A stretch of 63,010 nucleotides of DNA, filler included, from 3 parts of 3 records of this genome joined end to end with filler, not necessarily neighbours in it; one strand, 5' to 3'. Positions 21,412 through 33,621 are shown, numbered from the whole stretch's first letter. Notes: generated by a model not told the origin, from the sequence alone. Made by a program: numbers and translations.

Positions 21412-22506
21412 ATGAAAAAAATTGTTTTTTTTACACAAAGCCTAGAGTGTGGAGGGGTTCAAAAGTCTGTATCAACTCTTGCAAACTCTTTGAAATATAG
21501 ATTTAAAGTATCAATCATTCTTGCAGAAGATCATAAAGATTTTTTTTATAAAGTTGATAATATAGATGTTTTTAAAATCAAAACTTTAAAAATTAATACA
21601 AAAGAAAAAAATGTTGGATTAAAACTATTTGATTATAGAAAAAAAGAATTAGAGGCTCTGCTAGAAAAAATTTCACCAGAGATTGTGATTAGCTATGAAG
21701 ATTATCATAATTTAATATTATTAAATACAAATTATAAATGTAAAAAAATTATTTCTATTAGAAACTCTATTTATAATTTATATAAAAAAGAAGAAAGAAT
21801 ACATTTACTTGATAGTAACTTTTATTTTGAAAATATAAAACTCTTCTATCCTAAAGCAGATAAAATTATAACTGTTAGTAATCATATCAATAATGAACTC
21901 AAAGAATTATGTGATTTAAGTAATATTGTAACTATTTATAATGGTATTTCAGAAAATAATTCTAATGAACTTTTTAATTATCATAAACCTTTTATTTTAA
22001 ATGTAGCGAGATTAAATAAAAGGAAAGGGCAATGTGATCTTATAGAAGCATTCAACTTAATAAAAGATAATATTGAACATGATCTATTTATTATTGGAGA
22101 TGGTGTAGAAAAAGAAAAATTGCAAACTTTGATAAAAAATTTAAATATTAGTGATAGAGTAAAATTGCTTGGAAGAAAAAGACCAAGTTCTTATATTAAA
22201 TCATGTGATTTATTTGTTTTCCCTTCAAAATCAGAAGGCTTCTCTAATGTTATTCTTGAAGTAATATCTTGTAAAAAAAATATTTTGGCCTATAATTATA
22301 AAGGTAGCAATGAAATACTCCCCTCTCAGAACACTATAGAAATAGGAGAGATTAGATTGCTTGCAAATAAAATTTTGTATTTTCTTCAAAATGAAAAAAT
22401 AAATGAACAATATGCAGATAATTTATTTAATATTTCAAAGAAGTTTACTTTAGAAAAAACTTTACAAAATTATAAGAAGGAAATACTCTCGTTATGTGTG
22501 GAATAG
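21412..22506 (+). CDS. Glycosyltransferase family 4
   Basis: GGVQK, IYNGI, VARL..RKG and FVFPSKSEGFSNVILE. Confidence 0.9.
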   Translation: MKKIVFFTQSLECGGVQKSVSTLANSLKYRFKVSIILAEDHKDFFYKVDNIDVFKIKTLKINTKEKNVGLKLFDYRKKELEALLEKISPEIVISYEDYHNLILLNTNYKCKKIISIRNSIYNLYKKEERIHLLDSNFYFENIKLFYPKADKIITVSNHINNELKELCDLSNIVTIYNGISENNSNELFNYHKPFILNVARLNKRKGQCDLIEAFNLIKDNIEHDLFIIGDGVEKEKLQTLIKNLNISDRVKLLGRKRPSSYIKSCDLFVFPSKSEGFSNVILEVISCKKNILAYNYKGSNEILPSQNTIEIGEIRLLANKILYFLQNEKINEQYADNLFNISKKFTLEKTLQNYKKEILSLCVE

Positions 22507-24236
22507 TAGGTTGTAATTTTTATTCACAGAATTTTTATAAATCAATTGAACTACTTAGCCATAGAGGGCCTGATAATTTAGGATATTATGAATATCATAA
22601 TAATTACTTTGGGCATACTCGTTTATCTATTATTGACCTAAATGACGAAGCAAATCAACCAATGGTGTTTGATGATATTATTATTACTTTTAATGGAGAA
22701 ATATATAATTATAAGAAGTTAATAAAAGAAGAAAGTTTAAGTTGTATTACAAAATCAGATACAGAAGTTATTATTAGACTCTATCAAAAATATGATATAA
22801 GCTTTTTAAATTTATTGGAAGGTATGTTTTCTTTTTGTATTTATGATAAAAGAAAAAAAAGATATTTTGCGGCAAGGGATAAATTTGGTGAAAAACCATT
22901 TTACTATTATTTTAAAAATAATAAATTTATCTATGCAAGTGAAATAAAATCAATTTTAAAATTACTTGACTATAAGCCTGAAGTAAATAAAGAAGCATTG
23001 TATGAATATATGTCATATAATACACCTATAAATGGAAACACTTTTTATAAAGATATTTTTAAATTAGATAGTAGCTCATATTTATTGTTAGAAGAAGATT
23101 TGAAAATTCAACAATATTTTTCTTTAGAGAATATTGAAACTTATTTTTATGATGAAAAAACAATTTTAAATGATTTAGAAAATCTACTTTTTAGTAGTAT
23201 TGAGAAAAGACTAGTTTCGGATGTAAATGTAGGGACTTTTTTATCTGGAGGTATAGACTCTTCTTTTATTTCTTCAATATATACTCGGATCACAAATAAT
23301 AAAATCAATACTTTTAGTCTAGGTTTTAAAGAATTCAATGAATATAATGAATTACCATATGCAAAACAAGTCTCAAACTATATTAATTCAAATCACAATG
23401 AAATACTAGTAAGTAGAAATGACTTTATCGAAAACATAGATAATATGCTACTTTATACAGATGAACCTTTTGCTGATACTGCTTCTATACCTACTTTTAT
23501 ACTGTCAAACTTTGTTCAAAAGCAAGGAATAAAAGCAGTTTTATCCGGAGAAGGAGGAGATGAGTGTTTTTTAGGATATGGACTTTATAAAAAAGCCTTG
23601 CAATATCCTACAATATCAGAACTAGGAGATTGGAATTTAACAAAGGAATGGGAATATAATAATAGAGCTTTAAATCATCAAAGAGTTTATCAGTCATATG
23701 GAGAATGCTTTACAGAATATCAGAAAAAAGAGTTATTTAAAACATACAAAATAAAAAATAGATTGAAAGAGTATGAAAATAGTTATGAAGATATTAAATG
23801 GATGTCCTATATAGACTTTAGAATTTGGATAAGTGATGTGCTTATGACAAAAGTTGATAGAATGTCTATGGCTAACTCCTTAGAAGTAAGAGCCCCTTTT
23901 TTAGATTCAAATCTTGTTGAATACCTTTTTAAAGTTGATTCAAAAATTAAAAAAGGAGAGTATTCAAAATATTTATTAAAACAGATATCTCAAAAGTATT
24001 TACCTAAAGATATAGTTTTTAGAGAAAAAAAAGGATTTAGTTCTCCTTTTATTGAGTGGGTATTAGATTTCTATAAAAATAAATGTTTAGATATTATTCT
24101 TGAAACTAATGCAAGTTTAAATTTGTTTAATGAAGATTTTATAAAATTTTTATTTAATGAAGCGAAAAACAAAAGATTTAAGCAACATTTTTGGAACCTC
24201 TTTATTTTTGCAAAATGGTTTAAAGAAAACTATTAA
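22494..24236 (+). CDS. asnB: Asparagine synthase (glutamine-hydrolysing) family; likely a glycan amidotransferase
   Basis: MCGI, HRGPD, RLSIIDL, FNGEIYN, LSGGIDSS, LSGEGGDE and KVDRMSMANSLEVRAPFLD. Confidence 0.9.
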   Translation: MCGIVGCNFYSQNFYKSIELLSHRGPDNLGYYEYHNNYFGHTRLSIIDLNDEANQPMVFDDIIITFNGEIYNYKKLIKEESLSCITKSDTEVIIRLYQKYDISFLNLLEGMFSFCIYDKRKKRYFAARDKFGEKPFYYYFKNNKFIYASEIKSILKLLDYKPEVNKEALYEYMSYNTPINGNTFYKDIFKLDSSSYLLLEEDLKIQQYFSLENIETYFYDEKTILNDLENLLFSSIEKRLVSDVNVGTFLSGGIDSSFISSIYTRITNNKINTFSLGFKEFNEYNELPYAKQVSNYINSNHNEILVSRNDFIENIDNMLLYTDEPFADTASIPTFILSNFVQKQGIKAVLSGEGGDECFLGYGLYKKALQYPTISELGDWNLTKEWEYNNRALNHQRVYQSYGECFTEYQKKELFKTYKIKNRLKEYENSYEDIKWMSYIDFRIWISDVLMTKVDRMSMANSLEVRAPFLDSNLVEYLFKVDSKIKKGEYSKYLLKQISQKYLPKDIVFREKKGFSSPFIEWVLDFYKNKCLDIILETNASLNLFNEDFIKFLFNEAKNKRFKQHFWNLFIFAKWFKENY

Positions 24237-24249
24237 GAGCTTTAATTCT

Positions 24250-24814
24250 TTATTTATTTTTTACTATAAAGATAGGTTCTTCTTCATTAATTGCATAGTC
24301 TTCTATTGTGAATTCTTTATGCTCTGTCCATTTGAACTCTTCAGCAATAAAGCCAATATTCTCTAGTCGTTTTAAATAATCGATACCATAAATACGTACA
24401 TGATCATTTTGTCCAAAATGTATTTCTCTTTCTTTTTCTGATAAAATAGTTTTATTCTCGTAAGTTTTTTCTAATAGTCTTGAAAATGGTACTTGTAAAA
24501 TAGCTATACCTTCTGGTTTTAGAATTCTTTTTAATTCTTTCATCGCTTTTTTGTCCTCAACTATATGTTCAAGAACATGGTTACAAATTATAATATCAAA
24601 ACTATTATTTTCTAAAGGGATATTACATAAGTCAAAATTTATATCTACAAAGTTCTTATATAAATCAGCTGTTGTATAATTGATATTCTTATTTAGTTCA
24701 ATTTTTTCCCTAAGTCTTTTTTCTGGAGCAATATGTAATACATCTAATGAATCTGTAAATATCTTTGTAAATTGATTAAGATACAAATAAATCAAGCGCT
24801 CTCTATCTATACTA
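24250..24814 (-). CDS. SAM-dependent methyltransferase domain protein, 5' end cut by the contig edge
   Basis: Frame open to the gap (SIDRERLIYLYL); LHIAPE, CNHVLEH, RILKPEG and FGQNDHVRIYG. Confidence 0.85.
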
Positions 24815-24914
24815 NNNNNNNNNNNNNNNNNNNNNNNNNNNNNNNNNNNNNNNNNNNNTTAATTAATTAANNNNNNNNNNNNNNNNNNNNNNNNNNNNNN
24901 NNNNNNNNNNNNNN
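24815..24914. other. Artificial contig-joining spacer
   Basis: 44 N, TTAATTAATTAA (stops in all six frames), 44 N; base composition changes abruptly across it. Confidence 0.98.
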
Positions 24915-24915
24915 G

Positions 24916-25320
24916 CAGCACGGCATGGTGGATCTGGTCATTGTGGGAACGGACCGGACCACGCGGGCCGGAGATGTGGCCAATAAGATCGGTACCTATT
25001 TAAAGGCGCTCGCCGCCAGGGACAACAAGATCCCTTTTTATGTGGCGCTTCCCTCCTCCACCTTTGACTGGGGCATCACGGATGGGATCAAAGACATCCC
25101 CATTGAGGAACGAGATCCCCATGAAATCCGCTACGTCCAGGGCCTTTGCCACGGTAAGGTGCAGACCGTGCTGGTGCCGCCTGAAACCAGTCCCGCGGCC
25201 AATCCTGCATTTGATGTGACCCCCGCCCGGTTGGTAACGGGCTTTATCACGGAAAAGGGCATCTGTAATGCCACCGAAGGGGATATCATGGCCCTGTTTC
25301 CGGAAAAACGTATGGCATGA
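24916..25320 (+). CDS. mtnA: S-methyl-5-thioribose-1-phosphate isomerase, 3' part
   Basis: VGTDR...[16 protein letters not shown] and NPAFDVTP. Confidence 0.92.
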   Translation, partial: QHGMVDLVIVGTDRTTRAGDVANKIGTYLKALAARDNKIPFYVALPSSTFDWGITDGIKDIPIEERDPHEIRYVQGLCHGKVQTVLVPPETSPAANPAFDVTPARLVTGFITEKGICNATEGDIMALFPEKRMA

Positions 25321-25326
25321 TGGCGG

Positions 25327-26787
25327 GTGGTTCAGGTTGTGAAGGATTTCCTCAAAAAGATCGAACAGACCATTTCCCGCCATAATATGCTTGAATATGG
25401 TAACCGGGTTCTGGTGGCCGTATCAGGGGGACCGGATTCAGTGGTTCTGCTGGACGCTTTGGACCGGTTGAAGGAAACCTTTTCACTGGAGTTGATGGTG
25501 GCTCATTTCGACCATTCCCTGAGACCCAAGGATGATGAAAGTGAAACCCGGTTTGTGGCCTCCCTGGCGGTTTCAAAAAACCTTCCCTTTATTACCCAAA
25601 AGGCTTTGTCGTCCCCGGCCAAAAGCGGTAAATCCCTTGAAGAAGAGGCCCGGGACTGGCGGTATGCTTTCCTGGATCATGCCGGAAAGGCCCACCAGGT
25701 CCAGAAAATCGCACTGGGACATACCCTTGACGACCAGGCCGAAACCGTCATTATGAGGCTTTTGCGCGGCAGCGGACCCGCCGGGCTTTCCGGGATTCCG
25801 CCGGTTCGAAGTCACCTTTATATACGGCCTCTCATCGAGATTACCCGCCGGGAAATCCGGGATTATATTGCACGCCGGGACCTTCGGACCATTACCGATC
25901 CGTCCAACTTTGAAAAACACCATCTGAGAAACAGCATCCGCCTGGATCTGCTGCCACAGCTCAAAACCTATCAGCCCAGAATCGTGGAAATCCTGGGTCA
26001 GACAGCCGACATCATGCGGGATGAAACCCGGTGGATGGAATCGGAAGCGGAAGAATGGATAAATGGGCATGTGGGAGTTTTTGAGGCAGGGACCCATTCG
26101 GTTCCCCTGAAGGTGTTTGCGGAACTTGCGGTAGCGCTTCAAAACCAGGTCATCCGCCAAATCATCAAGCGTGTTCAGGGAGGACTTCGCCGCGTCAGTC
26201 TGCGGCACATTGAGGCCATAAAAGGCATCATAAAAGGAAAACCTCAGGCAACCCTGAACCTTCCCAATGGGGTTCTGGTCAAAAAAAGCTATGAAACCCT
26301 GTTGTTTGCAAAAAACAGAGACAAATTAGGGAATCAAGAAAACAACGGGTTTTACCATATGTTGGAGGCCCCGGGTGTTTTCAATCTGGATGCTATCTCC
26401 TGCACGGTTACCATGGAAGAAATCAGAACTGAAGAGATTTCGCCGGAGGACAGCTCGTCCCCATGGGTTGCCTGCTTCGATGCAGTCCGCATGGAGTACC
26501 CATTAATTGTTCGAAGTTTTCTGCCCGGAGACCGATTTGTCCCCCTGGGCATGAGGGGGCATAAAAAGGTCAAGGATTTCTTTGTGGATCGGAAGATTCC
26601 ATCCCATGTGAGAAAAGGCCTTCCCCTGCTGTGCCGGGGAAAAGATCCCATCTGGGTATGCGGCCTGAGAATAGACGACCGTTTCAAGGTGCGTCCTGAA
26701 ACGGAGAAGGTGGTGCGGGTTTCCCTTTCTTTCCCCGCCGAAACCCTGAACGGGTTTTGCTTCAACCATCATTCAGGATGGTCTTGA
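25327..26787 (+). CDS. tilS: tRNA(Ile)-lysidine synthetase
   Basis: [29 protein letters not shown] and the C-terminal domain (GDRF.PLG..G.KKVKD). Confidence 0.95.
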   Translation: MVQVVKDFLKKIEQTISRHNMLEYGNRVLVAVSGGPDSVVLLDALDRLKETFSLELMVAHFDHSLRPKDDESETRFVASLAVSKNLPFITQKALSSPAKSGKSLEEEARDWRYAFLDHAGKAHQVQKIALGHTLDDQAETVIMRLLRGSGPAGLSGIPPVRSHLYIRPLIEITRREIRDYIARRDLRTITDPSNFEKHHLRNSIRLDLLPQLKTYQPRIVEILGQTADIMRDETRWMESEAEEWINGHVGVFEAGTHSVPLKVFAELAVALQNQVIRQIIKRVQGGLRRVSLRHIEAIKGIIKGKPQATLNLPNGVLVKKSYETLLFAKNRDKLGNQENNGFYHMLEAPGVFNLDAISCTVTMEEIRTEEISPEDSSSPWVACFDAVRMEYPLIVRSFLPGDRFVPLGMRGHKKVKDFFVDRKIPSHVRKGLPLLCRGKDPIWVCGLRIDDRFKVRPETEKVVRVSLSFPAETLNGFCFNHHSGWS

Positions 26788-27715
26788 AAAAGGCGATGGT
26801 GTTTTGAAGCCCTTCATCCAACGCTGTACCCGGTTCCCACTGCAGTTTCTCTTTGGCCAATGAAATATCCGGTTGCCGCTGGAGGGGGTCATCCTCGGGA
26901 AGGGGGCGAAAGACGATACGCGATTTGCTCCCGGTTGCCTGAATGACCTTTTCCGCCAATTCCAAAATGGTGAACTCCGTTGGGTTGCCGAGGTTCACCG
27001 GCCCCACAAATTCATCGGTCCCATTCATCATGCGGACCATGCCGTCAATGAGATCATCCACATAACAGAAAGAGCGGGTCTGTGATCCGTCCCCGTAAAC
27101 CGTGATATCCCGGTTTTTCAATGCCTGAACAATAAAATTACTCACCACGCGGCCATCATTGGGGTGCATTCTGGGACCGTAGGTATTGAAGATGCGAACC
27201 ACCCGAATGTTCACATTGTTCTGGCGGTGGTAGTCAAAAAACAGGGTTTCGGCGCACCGTTTTCCTTCGTCGTAACAGGATCTGATTCCGATGGTATTCA
27301 CATTCCCCCAGTAGCTTTCCGTTTGGGGATGAACCGTGGGGTCCCCATAGACTTCACTGGTGGAGGCCTGCAGGATCTTGGCATGGACCCGTTTGGCCAG
27401 CCCCAGCATATGAATGGAACCCAGTACGTTGGTCTTGACGGTTTTCACCGGGTTATGCTGGTAGTGAATGGGGGACGCCGGACATGCCAGGTTATATATT
27501 TCATCCACCTCCAGGAACACGGGAAATGCCAGATCATGACGGATCAGTTCAAAGTTGGGATTATTCATGAGATGCGAAATGTTCTTTTTGGCCCCGGTAA
27601 AGAAATTATCCAGGCAGAGAACATCATGCCCCTCTTCTATCAAACGATCGCAGAGATGGGATCCTAAAAAACCGGCGCCGCCGGTCACCAATATGCGCTT
27701 TTGATGATGAAGCAT
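26762..27715 (-). CDS. UDP-glucuronate decarboxylase (UDP-xylose synthase)
   Basis: [36 protein letters not shown] and DDP.QR.PDI. Confidence 0.93.
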   Translation of the reverse strand: MLHHQKRILVTGGAGFLGSHLCDRLIEEGHDVLCLDNFFTGAKKNISHLMNNPNFELIRHDLAFPVFLEVDEIYNLACPASPIHYQHNPVKTVKTNVLGSIHMLGLAKRVHAKILQASTSEVYGDPTVHPQTESYWGNVNTIGIRSCYDEGKRCAETLFFDYHRQNNVNIRVVRIFNTYGPRMHPNDGRVVSNFIVQALKNRDITVYGDGSQTRSFCYVDDLIDGMVRMMNGTDEFVGPVNLGNPTEFTILELAEKVIQATGSKSRIVFRPLPEDDPLQRQPDISLAKEKLQWEPGTALDEGLQNTIAFFKTILNDG

Positions 27716-27731
27716 AGGTTATAACCTCCCG

Positions 27732-29126
27732 TTAATAATGGGTGAGGGGCGGTTTCCCGATGGGGAAAACATTGAACCCGATTTCATGCAGTGCATGGTG
27801 ATCCAGAATATTCCGGCCGTCAAAGACGAAGGCCGGTTTGACCATATTACGGTAGATCTTCTCGTAATCAAGTTCCTTGTAAAGTGCCCATTCGGTCATG
27901 AGGGCGATGGCGCAGCAGCCGGCAGTTGCCTCATAGGGATCTTCAACATATGAAACGTTTCCGTTTACCCCTTCCAGGTCATCTTTTGCGTTATCAATGG
28001 CCTTGGGATCCGTAATCACCAGATCCGCTTTCTCTTCCATGAGCCGCTTGGCGATCCGGATGGCAGGGCTCTCCCGGGTGTCCCCCGTATCCGCTTTGAA
28101 GGCAAATCCGAACAGACAGATTTTTTTTCCGGCCAGGGTATTGAACATGACCTGAAGCATGTTGAGGATGAAGCGTTCCTTTTGGTAGTCATTGATCTTG
28201 ACCACGCCTTCCCAGTAATCCGCCACTTCATTGAGATCATAATGGCGACAGATATAGACCAGGTTCAAAATATCTTTTTTGAAGCAGGATCCACCGAACC
28301 CGACGCTGGCATTGAGGAATTTCGCTCCCACCCGGCTGTCCATGCCCACGGCCCGGGTCACTTCCTGAATATCCGCGTCGGCCTTTTCACAAAGGGCGGA
28401 AATGGCGTTCACCGAAGAAATCCGCTGGGCCAGAAAAGCGTTGGCCACCAGCTTACTGAGCTCACTGCTCCAGATATTGGAGGTGATAATCTTATCTCTG
28501 GAGATCCAGTTGGCATAAATCTCCACGAGCACGTCCCGGGCCAGAAGCCCTTCGGCGGTCTGGGCGGAACCGATGAGCACCCGGTCCGGGTTTTCAAGGT
28601 CCTGAATGGCGGTGCCTTCCGCCAGAAATTCCGGATTTGACAGGACATCAAAGCAGACACCGTTCTCCCCGCAGGTCAAGATCCGTTCCATGGCCTGGGC
28701 GGTCTTTACCGGCAGGGTGCTTTTTTCAACAATAATTTTTCTGGATCGGGAATATTTTCGGATCTCCCTGGCGGTTTTGTCCCAATATTGGAGGTCGGCC
28801 GCCATGCCGGCGCCGGCCCCAAAGGTTTTGGTGGGGGTATTGACGCTCACAAAAATCACGTCCGATTCTTGAATCCCTTTTTCGATTTCAGTACTGAAAA
28901 AGAGGTTCCTTCCCCTGGCGGCCGTGACCACCTCGTCAAGACCGGGCTCATAAATGGGCAGGTTATGGGAATTCCACCGGGCAATCCGTTCAGGGTTGAT
29001 GTCCACCACCGTGACCTTGTATTGGGGACATTTAAAGGCAATCATGGCCATGGTGGGCCCCCCCACATAACCGGCCCCGATGCAAAGAATATTTCTTTTA
29101 AAAGGCATTTTCGGTTTCATCTCCAA
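27732..29126 (-). CDS. ugd: UDP-glucose 6-dehydrogenase
   Basis: GAGYVGG, VNTPTK, SNPEFLAEG, GFGGSCF.KD and FKADTGDTRESP. Confidence 0.95.
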   Translation of the reverse strand: MEMKPKMPFKRNILCIGAGYVGGPTMAMIAFKCPQYKVTVVDINPERIARWNSHNLPIYEPGLDEVVTAARGRNLFFSTEIEKGIQESDVIFVSVNTPTKTFGAGAGMAADLQYWDKTAREIRKYSRSRKIIVEKSTLPVKTAQAMERILTCGENGVCFDVLSNPEFLAEGTAIQDLENPDRVLIGSAQTAEGLLARDVLVEIYANWISRDKIITSNIWSSELSKLVANAFLAQRISSVNAISALCEKADADIQEVTRAVGMDSRVGAKFLNASVGFGGSCFKKDILNLVYICRHYDLNEVADYWEGVVKINDYQKERFILNMLQVMFNTLAGKKICLFGFAFKADTGDTRESPAIRIAKRLMEEKADLVITDPKAIDNAKDDLEGVNGNVSYVEDPYEATAGCCAIALMTEWALYKELDYEKIYRNMVKPAFVFDGRNILDHHALHEIGFNVFPIGKPPLTHY

Positions 29127-29334
29127 ATGCGGCAGGCCGCAGGTTTAATCTCCAAGGACATTTTGAACGGAAGTTAGCATATCAGCGCTCTTACGTCATC
29201 AAAAAATACTATTTTTACCTTCTGCGGGAACAAGGGCTCTCAAGTTTCGGATTCGGAAATGATTCTGGAAGTTTTAACCGGTTCGTGGTAGATATCCCGT
29301 CATTGGATATTCTTCAAAAGAGAGGGCATGAAAA

Positions 29335-30846
29335 ATGGGCAAATTCATCGGAGCGCTGGATCAGGGTACCACGAGTACCCGGTTTATTGTTTTTGACCAT
29401 GGGGGGCGAATCACGGGGCTGGAGCAGAAAGAACACGAGCAGATATTCCCCCAGCCGGGCTGGGTGGAACACGATCCAATGGAAATATGGAAGAACACGC
29501 AAGTTGTGATGAGGGGAGGGCTCTTAAATGCCGGGGTGAAAGGTGCGGATCTTGCTGCCATCGGCATCACCAACCAGCGGGAAACCACCGTTGTGTGGAA
29601 CCGGCACACGGGGAAACCGTACGGCAATGCCATCGTATGGCAGTGCACCCGTACGGAAAATATGTGTCGGGAGCTCATAAAGGATGGCGGGCAAAACCGT
29701 TTTCGGGAAACAACGGGCCTTCCCGTTGCCGCCTATTTTTCCGGACCCAAAATCAAATGGATACTGGACCATGTTCCCGAGAGCCGAACCGCCGCACTGA
29801 AAGGGGATGCTCTGTTCGGAACCATGGAAACCTGGGTGATCTGGTGGCTCACCGGGGGCCCCAAGGGCGGCGCCCATGTGACCGATGTCACCAATGCCAG
29901 CCGAACCCTGCTCATGGACCTCAAGACCCTTGCCTGGGACAACCATATCCTGGAAATTCTCGACATCCCGCCACAGATGCTCCCTAAAATTGTACCGTCT
30001 TCCGACCAAGAAATCTGGGGGTTTACCGACCCTGACGGCCCCCTTGAAGAAAAGATACCCGTTTGCGGAGCACTGGGGGATCAGCAGGCCGCCCTGGTGG
30101 GCCAGGCCTGTTTTAAAAAAGGGGAAGCCAAGAACACCTACGGCACCGGCTGTTTCCTGCTGCTCAATACGGGACCTGAACCCGTACCGTCCCAACATGG
30201 GCTCATTACCACGGTTGCCTACCGGGTGAGCGGGCAGGAGCCGGTCTACGCCCTTGAGGGATCCATTGCCATGGCCGGTGCCCTGGTGCAGTGGCTTCGG
30301 GACAACCTAGGACTCATCAAAACCGCCCCTGACATCGAAGCCCTCGCAGGGACGGTGGAGGACAACGGCGGCATGTTTATCGTTCCCGCCTTCTCCGGGC
30401 TGTTTGCCCCTTACTGGCGCGACGATGCCCGCGGAGTCATGGTGGGGTTGACCCGCTATATTCACAAGGGGCATATGGCGCGCGCCGTGCTGGAAGCCTG
30501 CGCATATCAAACCCGGGATATTCTGGAGGCCATGAACAAGGACGCCGGCCAGGAACTGCCCCATCTGAAAGTGGACGGGGGCATGGTGGAAAATAATTTA
30601 TTGATGCAGATCCAGGCCGATGTGTTGAATGTCCCGGTGATTCGACCCAGGATTGCTGAAACCACGGCCCTGGGGGCCGCCTATGCCGCCGGGCTGGCAG
30701 TGGGCTTCTGGTCGTCACAGGAAGAGTTGCGGCGGAACTGGTCTGAAGATCGTTCCTGGGAGCCGAACCTTCCTGAAGAGAAGAGAGCGGCCGGGTACAA
30801 AAACTGGAAAAGGGCCGTTATGAAAACCTTTGACTGGGTTCAATAG
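29335..30846 (+). CDS. glpK: Glycerol kinase
   Basis: [34 protein letters not shown] and [11 protein letters not shown]. Confidence 0.96.
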   Translation: MGKFIGALDQGTTSTRFIVFDHGGRITGLEQKEHEQIFPQPGWVEHDPMEIWKNTQVVMRGGLLNAGVKGADLAAIGITNQRETTVVWNRHTGKPYGNAIVWQCTRTENMCRELIKDGGQNRFRETTGLPVAAYFSGPKIKWILDHVPESRTAALKGDALFGTMETWVIWWLTGGPKGGAHVTDVTNASRTLLMDLKTLAWDNHILEILDIPPQMLPKIVPSSDQEIWGFTDPDGPLEEKIPVCGALGDQQAALVGQACFKKGEAKNTYGTGCFLLLNTGPEPVPSQHGLITTVAYRVSGQEPVYALEGSIAMAGALVQWLRDNLGLIKTAPDIEALAGTVEDNGGMFIVPAFSGLFAPYWRDDARGVMVGLTRYIHKGHMARAVLEACAYQTRDILEAMNKDAGQELPHLKVDGGMVENNLLMQIQADVLNVPVIRPRIAETTALGAAYAAGLAVGFWSSQEELRRNWSEDRSWEPNLPEEKRAAGYKNWKRAVMKTFDWVQ

Positions 30847-32062
30847 CGCTGTGGGCTTTCTAAAACATTTTCAGGAACGCCTGGGATTTCTGCCCGCAAA
30901 GGCGGTTAAATCCCTTTCGGGCCTCCCCAGGATCTGGATTCACGGGGCGTCCCTGGGGGAGATCCGGGTGGCGGCTGCCATTATCAAGTCGCTTAAAGCC
31001 AAACTGCCCGGTTGCGCTATCATTGTTTCCACCGTGACGGAACATGGCCGGAACCTTGCCCTTGAAATCTTTGAAAAAGATGTCCCGGTTGTCTATGCAC
31101 CCATCGATCTGCCGGGATGCGCCATCAAGGCCTTGGCCCATGTGCGGCCCGATGTGATGGTTTTTCTGGAAACGGAAATATGGCCGGCCTGGATCTTTAC
31201 GGCCCGCAAGTTGGGCATCAAACTGGCCCTGCTCAATGGTCGCATCTCCCCGCGGTCACTTAACGGTTACCTGAAATTCAGGCCCTTTTTCCGGTCGGTT
31301 CTCAAAAACTTTGACGTTTTCAGCATGATTTCAAAGACGGATGCGGACCGTATCCATGCCATGGGGGCTCCTCCAGGCAAAATCCGGGTGAACGGGAATG
31401 CCAAATACGATAACACCGTCACTTCGCCGGACCCTGCTGTGGAACGGCAAATGCGGCGCATGTTAAATCTCTCCCCGTCGGACCGGACAATTGTCGCCGG
31501 CAGCACCCGTGGGGGTGAAGAGGAGATGTTGCTGGATGCCTACGAAAAAATTTTTGCAAAATACCCGGATACCCTTCTAATATTGGCGCCCCGGCATATC
31601 AAGCGGGCTTCTGATATTTGCGCCCTGATTCGATCCCGTGGGTTCGAATGTCAACTGAGAACGGAGATGGGCCGGGGGAAAATAGAACGGACGGCCCGAA
31701 TCCTTGTCATCGATACCTTCGGTGAACTGTTTAATATTTACAGCATTGCGACCCTTGTGTTCTGCGGCGCCAGCCTGGTTCCCCTGGGAGGGCAGAACCC
31801 GTTGGAACCGGCCGTATGGGGAAAGCCCATCCTGTACGGACCCCATATGGAGGATTTTTCGGACGCCAAAGACATTCTGGAATCCGGGGGTGGGAGCTTG
31901 CGGGTGTCGGATTTCCGGGAATTGGCTGAAACTTTTTTGAAGCTTTTTGAAAATCCGCAAGAAGCCGGAACTCTCGGCAACCGTGCCAGGGAGGCAGCGT
32001 TTCAAACGCGGGCCGCCGCCCACGGGCACGCTGATGTCATCAGAATCCTTTGTGCGGAATGA
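30830..32062 (+). CDS. waaA: 3-deoxy-D-manno-octulosonic acid (Kdo) transferase; start uncertain
   Basis: [33 protein letters not shown] and GGQNPLEPA. Confidence 0.9.
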   Translation: MTGFNSAVGFLKHFQERLGFLPAKAVKSLSGLPRIWIHGASLGEIRVAAAIIKSLKAKLPGCAIIVSTVTEHGRNLALEIFEKDVPVVYAPIDLPGCAIKALAHVRPDVMVFLETEIWPAWIFTARKLGIKLALLNGRISPRSLNGYLKFRPFFRSVLKNFDVFSMISKTDADRIHAMGAPPGKIRVNGNAKYDNTVTSPDPAVERQMRRMLNLSPSDRTIVAGSTRGGEEEMLLDAYEKIFAKYPDTLLILAPRHIKRASDICALIRSRGFECQLRTEMGRGKIERTARILVIDTFGELFNIYSIATLVFCGASLVPLGGQNPLEPAVWGKPILYGPHMEDFSDAKDILESGGGSLRVSDFRELAETFLKLFENPQEAGTLGNRAREAAFQTRAAAHGHADVIRILCAE

Positions 32063-32080
32063 ACCGAATCTTTTTATGAG

Positions 32081-33316
32081 GTGTTCCCATTGATTCAAAC
32101 AAACCATAAAATAATGCCCATTGATCACGCTGCCATCCATACCCTTTATGTGTCACTTCCTGAAGAGATCCGGGCGCGGGTGGACCAGGCCGTCCATACC
32201 ATGGTGGAAACCAAAAAGAACAACGGCAGAATTGTTGCCGTGGTGGGGAGCGGCCCCAACATCCATGAAGGGGTCACCACCCTGATCGCGGAGTTGATTC
32301 ACAAAGGCCTCATTGACGGGGTGAGCACCAGTTCCGCCGTGGTCAGTCACGAGATGGCGGGGGCACTGGAAAAGGTCAAGCGGGTGGATGGCGAAGCCCT
32401 TGGGATTGATGGGGAACTCCTTCCCATGGATGGACGTCTTGAGGTCAGCCTTATCCCGTTGGAGCAGCTGAAAGCCTATGAAAGTGAAATCCCCCTGGAT
32501 ATGGATCTCTACCGCAGGATGATCGGCGCCAGGGGGGACGTAATCACCAAGGTGGCGGGGAACATGGCCTATCCCACCGGGCTTCGCACGGAGCGCTTGG
32601 CGCGGGACGTTCTCGCACTGGCCCGGCGATATGGTCTCCCCTTTGAGCAGGTGGCCGGTTTGGGAGCGGATCCTTACACCATGATCGGCGCCGGCGCTCA
32701 ACAAAATGTCCCTGTGCTGGTGACGGTCCCTCAACTGGTGGGGGGGGGAGAAGTGGGCCTGGCGGTGGGGGATTCCATCTCCATTTCACAGCGATGCCGC
32801 AGGATCGCGGATCTCATGGAGAGCGCCGATGTGATCATTGAGTCGGCCGTGGCCCTGAGCCAGGAGATACACGACGGTCCATTTGAACGTTACACGGGCC
32901 ATGGCATATGGGCCCACTGGGAAGGGGATCGAACCTATTCCCTGGCGAAGAAAAAGATCCTGCGGATCGACCTGGATCCAACCCTTGAAAATGCATGGTT
33001 CAATGAGCGGAAGGAAGGCCGGGTATCCGGAGCCGTGGACCGGGGGCTGCCCAAAACAAAGTCCATGGGACTTCCCTTTCGGATGGAAATGTCCGGGTTT
33101 GCCAGAATTCCCGGGAGCTTACCCATTGTGGGTGATATCGGGGAGATATGGCCCATTCTGGCGGCCCGGGTTTCAGAAGCACTCGATATTCGGCTGGACT
33201 TGATGAGTTATAAACAGTCCACCCCCCAGGGAGAAGCATTCAGGGAATGGATTGTTCGGAAAATTCAACCGCTGGACAGAAACCGCATGTTCAAGGCCCT
33301 CAAAGAACGTACATAA
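32081..33316 (+). CDS. Hypothetical protein, possibly DHS-like NAD/FAD-binding fold
   Basis: VVGSGPNIHEG...LI..G.IDGVSTSSAV..HE and a C-terminal VGDI pattern resemble deoxyhypusine-synthase-like folds. Confidence 0.55.
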   Translation: MFPLIQTNHKIMPIDHAAIHTLYVSLPEEIRARVDQAVHTMVETKKNNGRIVAVVGSGPNIHEGVTTLIAELIHKGLIDGVSTSSAVVSHEMAGALEKVKRVDGEALGIDGELLPMDGRLEVSLIPLEQLKAYESEIPLDMDLYRRMIGARGDVITKVAGNMAYPTGLRTERLARDVLALARRYGLPFEQVAGLGADPYTMIGAGAQQNVPVLVTVPQLVGGGEVGLAVGDSISISQRCRRIADLMESADVIIESAVALSQEIHDGPFERYTGHGIWAHWEGDRTYSLAKKKILRIDLDPTLENAWFNERKEGRVSGAVDRGLPKTKSMGLPFRMEMSGFARIPGSLPIVGDIGEIWPILAARVSEALDIRLDLMSYKQSTPQGEAFREWIVRKIQPLDRNRMFKALKERT

Positions 33317-33321
33317 GACCC

Positions 33322-33621
33322 TTATGAACCCTTTTCGGGCGGCACCCTTTTAAGCCGAACCATGGTGGCCCCCCATCCCGACGGGCCGTCGTCCAGCCGG
33401 TATTGAACCACATCCGGGTGCTTTGAAAGGCGCCCGTGCACCGTACGGCGGAGTACCCCTTTTCCCTTTCCGTGGATGATCCTCACGTCAAGGATCCCCT
33501 TCCGCATGCAGGCCCACAGGTATTCGTCTACCACTGAGGCGACATCCCGGGGGGCAAAAGCGTGAAGATCCAGAACTCCGTCTATGACAATTTCAACGGG
33601 ATCGGAATCCATTTTGGTCAT
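33322..33621 (-). CDS. Smr/MutS2 domain protein
   Basis: LDLH, IIHGKGKGVLR and GWGAT motifs. Confidence 0.92.
   Translation of the reverse strand: MTKMDSDPVEIVIDGVLDLHAFAPRDVASVVDEYLWACMRKGILDVRIIHGKGKGVLRRTVHGRLSKHPDVVQYRLDDGPSGWGATMVRLKRVPPEKGS

Noticed and set aside
22494-24236. AsnB-like gene as a lasso cyclase for the YxxPxL peptide at 45776
   Set aside because: It is on a different contig and organism, keeps the N-terminal catalytic Cys of a true amidotransferase, and sits in a glycan cluster.
24859-24870. TTAATTAATTAA palindrome as a biological site
   Set aside because: Synthetic six-frame stop linker, repeated exactly at 48996-49007.
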